A stretch of 64,000 nt of DNA, taken from the NCBI GenBank assembly GCA_030704615.1, contig CM060733.1:62744001-62808000 (forward strand). The letters are read 5' to 3'. The position numbers and the translations under genes were made by a program. Under the pieces are notes generated by a model. The model was not told the origin of the DNA. It worked only from the letters and a program-made list of their open reading frames with translations, and did no database searches. Positions 11,144 through 21,500 of the stretch are shown here, piece by piece (position 1 is the first letter of the stretch; each line of letters starts with the position of its first letter). Source of the DNA: Takakia lepidozioides (Eukaryota; Plantae; Bryophyta).

Positions 11144-12498
11144 CCGCCTTTACAGCTGCAGTTAGTTGGCCTGGAGAGTTGCTGGAAGGCAATGCCCATG
11201 CAGAGGATGTGCCACCTCCAGCAGAGCAGGATGACATGCATGGTACGGCGGAGTTGCTTGCCATGGTTGCTCACACTCCATTATGGGGTACGAGCAAGGA
11301 TTTGCAGCAAGCTGCTGATGGACGGGTACAACAAGCCTGGGTAGAGGCCTTCGTACCGTCAGGAGAAGAGGAGAGTGCGGTGATTGTACCAGGACCACCT
11401 CAATTGTTGCCATTGGACACCACACCTCTTGTGTGGCAGTGCCCGGATGAAGGCATATGCCTTCTGGACTTGTTTGGCGGGATCAGCACTGGATTGGCTG
11501 CAGTACTGCAGGCATGTGTACGAGTTCGACGTTACCTGTATGTGGAGAGGGATGAGACTGCACGACGCGTCTCACTGCGCCATGTTGCTCAGTTGGTACA
11601 GCAGTACCCTGATTTGTTGCCAGTGTCTGCAGTTCGTGGATACCAACAAGCCTTGCCAGCAGACATTTCGTTGCTGGGGGCGCAGGATTTGGAGCGGGTT
11701 GGCTCCATTGATCTGGTAGTGGCAGGTTGGCCCTGCCAAGGGCATTCATCAGCCGGGTATGGTAATGGATTGCGAGACTCGAGGACGGGTCTGTTTTGGG
11801 AGATGGTGCGGATTTTGCGCCACTTGCAGCTTCATCAAGCTGTATCTCCAGCATACATCTTGGAGAATGTGCCACTGATGGGTGATTCTCGGGCCAGGGT
11901 GATGGCCAATGTGCATCAAGTCCGGTCGTGGCTTGGGTCAGCAGTGTTGCTGGATGCAGCTGCAGTGGGGTCATGGGCTCATCGTTCACGACTATGGTGG
12001 ACTAACTTGATGCCACCCGCACTGCTCAAGCGTGCATTTGATGGGGTGCAGCGGCCAGCACACCTCACAGTGGATAGCATTTTGGACACAGGGAGGCAGT
12101 CTCAACGTGTGAGACACGATGACCGTTCGCCTTTGGCAGTGGTCAACAGGGTGGGTCAACCACGAGCAGCATTACCTACACTGCTCAGCTTCCCAGGATC
12201 CCATGCTTTTCGGGATGGTGGACCTGGCCTCTTGTGGGATAGCCAGTTGCAACAATTAGTGGAGCCCAATGCTGACGAGCGCGAGCGGGCGATGGGTTTT
12301 ACCACAGGTACCACGGCGGTGCCATCTCTTTCTGAGGCATCACGTCATCAGGTGTTGGGGCAAGCAATGGATCTCAATTGCTTGACCTGGATTATCATAT
12401 TGGCTATGGCTGAGCAGCGCAGAGTACGGAGTACACTTCCCTTCATGGATCCCTGCCTACCGAGATGGTACAGGCAGCGAGTGGGGGCGAGCAGGTGA
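11023..12498 (+). CDS. DNA (cytosine-5)-methyltransferase domain embedded in pol (DNMT3-like motif style); the domain itself is uninterrupted
   Basis: All motifs occur in order within ~11455-12370: I LLDLFGGIS, II YVERD, III ADI, IV LVVAGWPCQGHS, VI YILENV, VIII HRSRLWWTN, IX ERERAMGF, X RHQVLGQAM. Confidence 0.93.
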   Translation: MGGVSILQAWMAVRGWSSCTAPCDIHWGIAAAQRGKMPTLAAFTAAVSWPGELLEGNAHAEDVPPPAEQDDMHGTAELLAMVAHTPLWGTSKDLQQAADGRVQQAWVEAFVPSGEEESAVIVPGPPQLLPLDTTPLVWQCPDEGICLLDLFGGISTGLAAVLQACVRVRRYLYVERDETARRVSLRHVAQLVQQYPDLLPVSAVRGYQQALPADISLLGAQDLERVGSIDLVVAGWPCQGHSSAGYGNGLRDSRTGLFWEMVRILRHLQLHQAVSPAYILENVPLMGDSRARVMANVHQVRSWLGSAVLLDAAAVGSWAHRSRLWWTNLMPPALLKRAFDGVQRPAHLTVDSILDTGRQSQRVRHDDRSPLAVVNRVGQPRAALPTLLSFPGSHAFRDGGPGLLWDSQLQQLVEPNADERERAMGFTTGTTAVPSLSEASRHQVLGQAMDLNCLTWIIILAMAEQRRVRSTLPFMDPCLPRWYRQRVGASR

Positions 12499-12906
12499 GG
12501 ACCACAAGGTGCAGGCCGCATCCATGGCACACGTGGGAGGTGCTCGAGGTTCAGAAGGAGTTGGTAGCCAAGGCGGGGTGATGGATCAGGTTGGGGATTT
12601 TTCTCGGGTTGAGGAGGTCCTCAAGGATGGGATGATGGGGCAGGATAAGACATTGTCACTGACAGAGGAGGCAGTGGTCATTGCTCAAGAGGTTGCAGCA
12701 TAGCAACCACGGGACGCGTCTTCTACCTCTAAGCCTGCTGGACTCAAGGTTGCAGTCACGGAGGACAACTGGGAGCCTGATGTTGGACCTATAGTCACCG
12801 GAGGAGAGAGACGACGTATACGGCGGTTCTTGAGGGCTTACAGGAACTGCTTTGCCTTCAGTTTGAAGGACTTAGGAGCACTGAAGGTCAAGAGATTCGC
12901 ATTGAA

Positions 12907-14200
12907 TTGGCTACTGACACGCCAATCTTTCGAAGACCCTATAGATACAGTGACATGGAGAGGTCCTTGATTCAGATGAGAACTCAGGACCTTTGGGAGG
13001 CTGGTTTGGTGGAGCTATCTGGGGGAGAGTATGCTTCAGCCACAGTGATGCCAGCCAAGAAGGATGTCTTTGGCAATTGGATGGAGAGACGTATGTGCGG
13101 TGATTACCAGCCTGTAAATCGTCAGACCAAGTCCAATAGGTATGCCATGCCAACACCAGAGGAGATCTTTGATGCCATTGGGCATGCCAAGGTCTTTAGC
13201 ACGTTGGATTTACGATCCGCATATCACCAGTTGCCGATCAAGGAGGCGGATAAGCAAAAGATGGCATTCTGGGGGATCAATGAGCACGGGAAGGATTGCC
13301 TATACCAATGGCGGTTCTTACCATTTGGGCTTAAGAACGCTCCGGCAGAGTTTCAGAGAGTCATGGACAGGATTCTAGCAGGGGCGGAGTTTGCTCGGTG
13401 CTACATAGATGACATCATCATCTTTAGTGCTACGGTGGAAGAGCACGAGAGACACCTTCAGGGGGTATTTGAGCGCTTGAGGGCGCACGGATTGAAGTTA
13501 CATCTGGGAAAGTGCAAGTTTTTCCACAACCAGATTGAGTATTTGGGTCACATGATATATCCTGGAGGATTGGGGGTACAGCAGACTAAGGTAGAGTCCA
13601 TTGCACAGGTTCCACGCCCCACGGATGTGAGCCGAGTTCGAGCTTTCATGGGGTTAGCAAACTATTATAGACGGTTTGTTAAGGGATTTAGTGCCATTGC
13701 AAAGGCTCTAACCAAGCTGACCAAGGTGGACCAGGAGTGGCAGTGGGAAGATGAGCAAGAACAAGCTTTTCAAGAGCTCAAGGCGAGGTTGACCTTGGCG
13801 CCCATCTTGAGACGACCTATCAGGGGGCGTCTTTTTCAGTTGCATACAGATTGGAGCATGCTGGGGTTTGGAGCGGTGCTCACACAGGTGGATGATGAGG
13901 AAAGAGAGTTCGTAGTGGCTTATGCTAGCCGCTCGAACAACGTTGCAGAGTCTAAGTATAGCTCATATGAGGGAGAATGCTTAGCTGCAGTGTGGGCCGT
14001 AGCACACTTCAAGTGCTATCTATACGGCAATCTCTTCACCCTTGTCACAGATCACCAACCACTCAAGTGGTTGATGGAGTCAGACAAGCTTACGGGGAAG
14101 CTTGCACGGTGGGCACTCATCCTTCAAGAGTATGACTTTCAGGTGGTGCATCGACCAGGTTTGGTCAATCGCAATGTAGATGGGTTGAGTCGCAATCCAT
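12907..14200 (+). CDS. Reverse transcriptase and RNase H of the DNMT element
   Basis: LDLRSAYHQ, LPFGLKNAPAEFQR, YIDDII; TDWS, YSSYEGECLA, TDHQPL. Confidence 0.93.
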
Positions 14201-14559
14201 GCACAAGCCAGCAGGATGACACTGGAGCTCGGTGGCATGGTGAGACGGACGAGGAGATGGTGCCCGGATGGCATGCATCTGCATTTATGTGTATCTTGGC
14301 AGCGGAAGGCCAGGTTGGACCTGCAATAGGGATGACTGTAGATCAAGTGTCTGAGGACCCTGAGGCCAGCAATGAGCAAGGTGGCGCCAAAGATATACAT
14401 GAGGATTCAGTTGTGTTGGACTACCTCCGCACTGGAGACACTGCAGCCACTGTGACTGCCAAGGAGAGGGATCGGATCCTACAACAAGCCAAGAGGTTCA
14501 AGTGGGAGGAGACACACCTGCTCCGAGTGTGGGAGGATGGTCAAGTGAGGATTGTGCCT

Positions 14560-15620
14560 CACCCAACACAGCGGGCACGGTTAGTGCGGCATGCCCATGG
14601 GAGTTGGGGCATTTTGGGGTGCGACGCACTCATAGTCTACTGCAGGGGCAGTATTGGTGGCGTGGTATGCACACAGAGGTGCAACAATTTGTGGCTAGGT
14701 GCATGGTAGTGTGACAGGGTGCGTGCTTCATTCAACGCCCCTACTCCACAATTGCACCCTCTTCCGATCATGGGATTGGGCTACAGGTGGAGTCTTGACT
14801 TCGCAGGGCCGTTGCCACTGACCATGCGCCACAACAAGTACGTGTTGGTGATGGTGGAGCACTTCTCCAAGTGGATTGAATTGGTTCCATTGCCTGATAA
14901 GGCTAGTGAGGGAGCTGCGTATGCATTCTTGGATTGTGTGCTTAGCCGATTCGGTGCTCCAGCTGAGGTACTCACGGACCAAGGGAGAGAGTTCTTGGGG
15001 AGTTTCAGGCTTTGTGTGACAAGGCCTTGATAGACCACCGCACCACTTCTCGGGATCATCCTGAGGCCGATGGCTTGGCAGAGAGAGTTGTTAGACAGTA
15101 AAGAGGGGTTTGCGCAAGTATGGCTTGCAGAAGGGACACCTAGGAGATTGGGACCTTCAGTTACCCTGGTTAGCCATGGGCTACAGGTTCAGCAAGCAAG
15201 CATCACTTGCCTCCTTCTCACCATACTTTCTTCTCTTTGGCCGAGAGCCGGATTTGCCTACATCCATTCGCAGAGAAGCTGCTACAGTTCTTAACCTTGA
15301 CGATCCGGACGTGTGGGCACGTGCATGTGAGCAGCGTGTAGAGTTGTTCAAGAAAGTCATGCCCATGGCTTTCGAGAACCTTGCCATTGCACAACATCGT
15401 GATATGTTGAGGTATGCTACCATACGTGGTGGGGGCTATCGTCCTGGGGTTCGGAGATTCAAACCTTGGTGACTATGTTTATCTGTCAGCAGACTGCTCC
15501 TACGACCTTGGATGTGGACTACAGACGTACTATTTTGAGGGTTCGAGATGTGTGCCCTCAGGAGTCCTGATCTTGGAGGGTCGAGATGACATGATTTGGA
15601 AGGACCATTGCGTAATTGCG
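14560..15620 (+). pseudogene. Integrase of the DNMT element (several frameshifts)
   Basis: HHCC region ELGHFGVRRT..YWW..C; catalytic WSLDFAGP, LTDQGREF and DGLAER; SPYFLLFGREP. Confidence 0.88.
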
Positions 15621-15691
15621 CGCCATGTCACCTTCCAATGTTGATTGGAAGGGTTGACCCAAATCTGGCAGTGGTACCTGCAAGTTTGAGG

Positions 15692-15835
15692 TGCATGTTG
15701 TGTGGGTCTGCTAGAGGGGCAGCCACCATGCTGGTGTGTGATCAATGCTCTAGAGGTTGGCATATGGGATGCTTGACTCCACCTCTTGAGATGGTTCTTG
15801 ATAGGGATTGGTTATGTCCACATTGCATTGGATAG
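15692..15835 (+). CDS. PHD finger (C4HC3) at the pol C-terminus
   Basis: CMLC..MLVCDQCSRGWHMGCLTPPL..DWLCPHC shows canonical PHD spacing. Confidence 0.9.
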   Translation, partial: CMLCGSARGAATMLVCDQCSRGWHMGCLTPPLEMVLDRDWLCPHCIG

Positions 15836-16077
15836 TGGGAGTGATACAACCATGGAAGGCTAACAAGAAATGCAAGGCCAAGCTACTAGGAGACCAACAC
15901 ACGAGATCCTGACTCAAGTTCACAAATTGCAAGACGGCAACTAACGATGGGGTTGCTCTTGTACCGCCTCTTGGTCTATAGAGTTTGAGACAATAGGGAC
16001 AGTGATAGAGGACTTAGTACGGCTGTGGCTATTACATCTTGTAGCTATAGGGAGTTAGAGGGACCTAACCACCAGCT

Positions 16078-16685
16078 AGGGGGGCGATTGTGGTATAGCT
16101 TTCTAGGATTGTGGTTTTAGATTTGTGTGTGGACAGCGATGTATGTTGTGGCACGATGCTTAGGTGGCACGACAGCTGTCATGGTTTTAGTCATGGTTAT
16201 CTAGAATTACCTACTTCTAGTTAACTAGGACATTTTAGATATTTATATTTATATTTTGTATGTTGGGACTTCATTTGGTCTCACATGCCAAGTGAGGTGT
16301 CGAGCCTCACTTGAGACATGGAGATAGGTTTTCCCCTTGTGAGGTTGCGGAGGCTCATCTTCTTGTAGTTGAGCCTCCATGAGCTTCTCTCACCTCCATA
16401 GCTCTAGGTATTGAGAGGGAGTGTGTTGAGGGCTTTGTAGGGTGGATTCCTTTAGCAAAGGTGCCCTTGGCTTGACTTAGTTTATGTGATAGAGTGGATT
16501 TCACTTGGAAGGACTAGGGCTTGTTCTTCATGTGATTGTTTCATGCTTTTGAGAGCTTTTCATTGTCTTCTACTTCCTCTATTTCTCATCTCTTCTCGAT
16601 TGTGGTATAGCTTTCTAGGATTGTGTGCTTAGATTGTGGTGGACAACGATGTATGTTGTGGCACAATGCTTAGGTGCACGACAAC
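16078..16685 (+). repeat. Polypurine tract and truncated 3' LTR of the DNMT element
   Basis: AGGGGGGCGA is followed by TG at 16089. 16177-16594 matches the reverse complement of 58240-58489 plus ~45295-45467. 16085-16176 is duplicated at 16597-16685. Confidence 0.75.
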
Positions 16686-16981
16686 GCACTTATCCTCTCC
16701 AAAGATGTCATTGTCAAGAGCAACCATCCAAAGCATATGTATACACCTCAACCCTCTCACTCAAAATATTCACAAAATGGCGACACCTTCAAACATAGCT
16801 TGGAAAAATATATGAGAAAAGAAGGCGGTTTTCCAGATGATATATATATCACAGGCGAAACCCTAGGTGCCTCATGCAGTTGTAAAAAATGCCCATATTT
16901 GGTATATAACTGTGCTAGAATATGTGTTTTTGACAGGAATATTATCGAATATAATCAGATTTAATTTTTAGTGTTCACATA

Positions 16982-17919
16982 TGTTAGAGGACTGTCGGGG
17001 ACTTAGACACTTATACGGGATCTGTAGGGTACCCTTAATTTTTGCACAGACTGAGACCAACAGGAGCCTTAGGGGTGACAGCAGCGCACTGTAGAGGGGG
17101 GTTTACACAGCCCGCCACAGTCGTCACAGTCGTCACACAGCCGACACACAGCCACACAGCCCGTCACAGTCGTCACAGCCGACACAGCCCGGCACAGCCA
17201 CACAGCCAGTCACGCCCGACACAGCCAAACACAGTCGCACAGCCAGTCACAGCCCGTCACAGTTTCACACAGCCATTCACAGCTTGACACAGCTGTCACG
17301 ATCATAGGGAACGAAGAGTAGGACAGGGAACGACTGTGGGGAACAACACCTGCGAAGGAACATGTTAGTTCACAGACACGGTTAGTGAGGGAAACGGTTA
17401 GAACCGCGGATAGGAAGATAAAGGGAGAAACGGGGATTGAGGGACATCATTCGGAGGAGGACTTCTTGGTGATAGAGGAGAGGGGATCGGGCAGAGATGA
17501 AGAACGGAAGTGAAGATAGAGAGATGATGAGTAGATGCTTGATATATGCAAGGCTGTAATATATTGTAGAGGAGATTAGAGACACAATGGCTTCGGCCTG
17601 ATACCTGATAAATCATAATCGGATACTTTTACGATACAATCACACTGTGTAGAGAGATCTGAGTGAAGCTGTGGAATGAATGGATGAGTTGATGGAATCC
17701 AATAGATTGATAAAGCAAACTGATACTTAATTATCAATGGTAAGATAGTTAACATGAATACCGAAAGGGAAACAAATAGGAAACACCCCCATGATACACT
17801 AGCTGTAGGTCATGACTGATTGTTCTGCGCGGGCTGAGTACTTAGAGATTTCCAACTCTTCAATCTTGGAGTTTCCGCCTCGAATAGCGAAGGGATGGGT
17901 GAGTAAAAGCCGCGCGACA
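16982..17919 (+). repeat. 5' LTR of copy 2
   Basis: TGTTAGAGG...CGCGACA; matches the LTRs of copy 3. Confidence 0.95.
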
Positions 17920-17921
17920 TT

Positions 17922-17939
17922 TGGCGACCATACTGGGGA
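17922..17939 (+). promoter_or_regulatory. Primer binding site, probably tRNA-Arg type
   Basis: TGGCGACCATACTGGGGA lies 2 nt after the LTR and resembles the complement of plant tRNA-Arg 3' ends. The tRNA identity is inferred. Confidence 0.75.
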
Positions 17940-17960
17940 ACTGAGACATGACAACCAGAT

Positions 17961-18506
17961 GTGACAGGCATCTGGTGGGATCATGGTGGTTGGACCATTA
18001 AAGAATTTGAAGTGAATCAAATTCCCTGTGGAACGAAGGAAGAAAGATTGTCCAAACAATTCTTTCAAAGGTTCTTGGAATTGCCAGACGGTTGTAAAGA
18101 AAATATTCTTAAGCGAGTGCATGATGCTGATCCAGAATGGGGTATGGAGAAAGGAGTGATAAAGATTTATCAGGTAGCCTGTAGAGGAAGAGCACGTTGG
18201 TTACCAACATTGGTTTATGTGATAGCATTGCTATCCATTAAACGAGTAGAGTTTGAAGGCTGGGAAGAAAGAAAGGTGAATGTTTATACTCATATGCATG
18301 AAGAGCTTGTACTGGTAAAGAATTGGATTCCAAAGGATATTTTGTGGATCAAACTCACACCAAGAACAGCTTTTCAGACTTGTTTGCCATATGGTTATAT
18401 GGTAACGGAGACTTCAAGTATAACCAAGGGTGCATTGAGGCTTGAAAGAAACCCAGGCATATACGAGAGATATTACAGAAGAGAGTTTTGGTTACTGCCA
18501 CATTAA
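17961..18506 (+). CDS. Extra ORF upstream of gag, function unknown
   Basis: Open and nearly identical in copy 3 (56637-57131). Confidence 0.55.
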   Translation: MTGIWWDHGGWTIKEFEVNQIPCGTKEERLSKQFFQRFLELPDGCKENILKRVHDADPEWGMEKGVIKIYQVACRGRARWLPTLVYVIALLSIKRVEFEGWEERKVNVYTHMHEELVLVKNWIPKDILWIKLTPRTAFQTCLPYGYMVTETSSITKGALRLERNPGIYERYYRREFWLLPH

Positions 18507-18527
18507 AAGAAATGAAAGACATGGGAC

Positions 18528-21500
18528 ATGAGTGATGAAAGAGAAGCTAGACGCCAGAGATATTCAGTAAAAAGAGAAAGCTATCTGAAAGCTAATTATC
18601 CATATCTTTGGGAGAGAGGAATAGACATAGGGGAATCATCTGGACCTCTCACACCATTAAGATCAAAGAGTAACATCACCCATACCGGAAGAACTAGAGT
18701 TGGATGCCACTCCTTCTGTTTCTTTGCAAGAAAGATTAAGGGAATTGGTACAGGAAGAAGATCAATCACGAGGTGAAAGATCTGAGGTACATCCCTGGAT
18801 AAAAGATTTGACAGAAATCTTTGATAAGAGTTGGCATGGAACACCAAAAGCAGGAACTCCAGTTTCAGAAGCGGAAGGTGAAGAAGGAGAAGAGGATGTG
18901 GCAGAGCCAACGGAGAGTTCAGACTCTCCAACACCATTACAGTTGAGTTACATGAGTGAAGAAGAAACCCAAGGGCAGAACTTGGAGGATGAAAACAGAG
19001 AGAAGAAATTGGAAGAGGAAGAATATGAAGAAGTAGACCCAACAGCTGAGGTTGAGACTACAACCAGGACATCCCAACCCGTTGGACCTGGATCAAGTGG
19101 AGCACTTGGATCACAGGCCAACGAAGGTGTCGGCTCAGGGGATCAGGCGGGCGGCCTGGATCTGGCTCTGGGGGGACAGGGAGTGTGGGAAGTAGTGCAA
19201 CTGAAGCTGGGAATACTGTGAATATCGTGGGGCCAGTAGCAGGGAGTGCTCAAGGGCCACCACTTGTGGAAGATCCACCACAAAAACAACAGGTCCAGAA
19301 GGACCAGCACCAGCAAGGGTGCCAGCACCTGTCAGTGGGCAGAAGGTAGGGCCACAGATGGCGTTGCAACCAACACGGGCAAAACCACCCTTTCCAATAT
19401 ATTCAGGAAAAGGGGATCCCGATGTACACATTAGCCAATTTGAGCACATGTGTATAGTGAACAATGAGAATGGCGATGATGCCAAGATGAGACTGTTTCC
19501 TTGTTCACTTATCAAGAAAGCAAGTGAATGGTATGCAAGATTCCCTGATAATCATTTCCTAACCTGGAATGGCTTGAATACAGCATTTCGAAATAGGTTC
19601 AGGACAAGTAAAACTGAGGATGAAGTGTATGGAAGTTTACAACAGCTGAAGCAGAAGAAGCATGAAACTGTTGAAGAGTATATGGAGAAGATGGAATTGA
19701 TGATGAAAAAGCTGGCTGCAGTACCAGCGCCCGGGTTACAGAAGACTTGGTTTGTGAGTGGACTAAGACCAGAGTTGCAAAAGAAAGTGGATATGTTACC
19801 CCATAATACAGTGGAGGAGGCATTTGAAACTGCGAACAGAATTGAGCAATTGGGAATGCTCAGGAGAGAGAAAAAAGAAGATGAGGACTCTGAGGATGAG
19901 TCAGATGAAGAAGAAGAGCAAGAACTAAAAAGAAAGAGTAAGAGAAAGGAGAAGTTGAAGAGGGATAACTATGAAAAAAATTGGAAGAAATCTTGAAGAA
20001 GTATGCCACAGAGGCTGCAACACATTGGAGGAAAGGTGTATGGTGTGCAAAGTGCCAGAATGAAGGCCATACCACCACAGAATGCCACATGAAGGAGAAA
20101 CACTGTACTATCTGTAAAATGGATAACCATTCTACTGAGAATTGTTACTACAACAGAAGGACAGCTGCAAGAGAACCTAGGCAAGTAAGGGTGCATCAGG
20201 TGCAGCCCCAGCCAAGAAGAAACAATGATCAGGACCACTATGGTAGGTCTGGTGGTTATAACAATGGCATGGAAGGGAGAGGTAATTCAAGAGGGAATTA
20301 CCAAGGAAATTCCAGAGGCAACTATCAGGGTAATCCAAGGGGAATTACCAGCCCGGGAATCAGGATTATAGAAATAATCCAAGAACAGACCAAGGGCGAG
20401 GACCCAATGGTGAAGAGCTATGTTACTATTGTAATCAGCTAGGACATCGCAAGGCAGCCTGTTCATTCTGGATAAGACACCAGAATGAGATGAGAGCTCC
20501 TGTGAATGAGGGCCCAGTGGTGGCAGCTCACATGGTTAGGCCATGTGTTGTACCAGAAGTAAGTACAATGATAGTAACAAGAAGTAAAGCCAAACTAATA
20601 CCTCCAGTAGAAGAGGAAGAAGATGAGACTGGAAGTGGCAATGATATGCCTGAAGATGAAGAGACTTGGAAAGATGAGAAGGAACTGCACAAGGAAGTGG
20701 CAGATACTATAAGGGAAATGCAAAAGAGTACTGATATTCCTGTGGCAGATTCCTCTGATTCGGATGGAGAAAAAGAAGGGAGTGACGAAGAAAGGAAAAA
20801 AGAAGATGCAGACATGCAAAGTAATGAAGAGACTTTGGCTGAAGTAATATGTCAGACCAAAGAAGAAATTACCATTGGACAGCTATTAGCTGTGGCACCT
20901 TATTGTAGGCACAGGCTGTATCAAGCAATCAATCGAATTGCCCAAGAGACAGGAAACACAGACCTGAACAGCAAGGTGACCAGTTATAATGTGAAGCCGG
21001 AAGGGCGAGAAACAGTCATGGACTTTGATGATTCTATGCCAGTAATCCAATTGAGAATTGGAAGCACAGAACTAACGATGTACTGATAGATGGTGGTTCT
21101 GGAGTAAATATCATGACAGACCAATTAAGGAAGAAGCTTGGTCTAAGTAACATGAAACTAGCCCCATTTACAGTAACAATGGCAGATCAAAGAAGTGTAC
21201 AACCATTGGGATTAATAAGAGGAGTTAAGATACAGATACAGAAAATGATCTTTATGATCACAGTAACTGTATTAGAAATGGATGAAGTCATGGAGGCTTA
21301 CTCCTTATTATTGGGACGATCGTGGCTGAAACAGGCCAGGGTATTCCATGACTGGAATTCTCAGTTACTAACCGTGCATAATGGGATACACGAGATACAA
21401 ATTACCACAAAGAAATCTAGTAGATTACCTGCTACAAGAAGACCTCGAGGAGTCAGAGAGTATGACTGGAAAGGAGGACTGGATGAGGAGCAGGAAGCTA

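Larger units (their letters stand above)
6996..16685 (+). mobile_element. Ty3/gypsy LTR retrotransposon carrying a C5-DNA methyltransferase and a PHD finger
   Basis: Colinear gag(2xCCHC)-PR-DNMT-RT-RH-INT-PHD on the + strand, then a polypurine tract and LTR at 16078-16685. The 5' LTR appears broken at 6996. Confidence 0.9.

Noticed and set aside
4253-12498. Bacterial contamination or a restriction-modification locus
   Set aside because: One MTase has spliceosomal introns, the other lies inside a gypsy pol, and no endonuclease partner is visible.
17922-17939. tRNA gene
   Set aside because: Only an 18-nt PBS is present. No tRNA or rRNA genes were recognised in the window.
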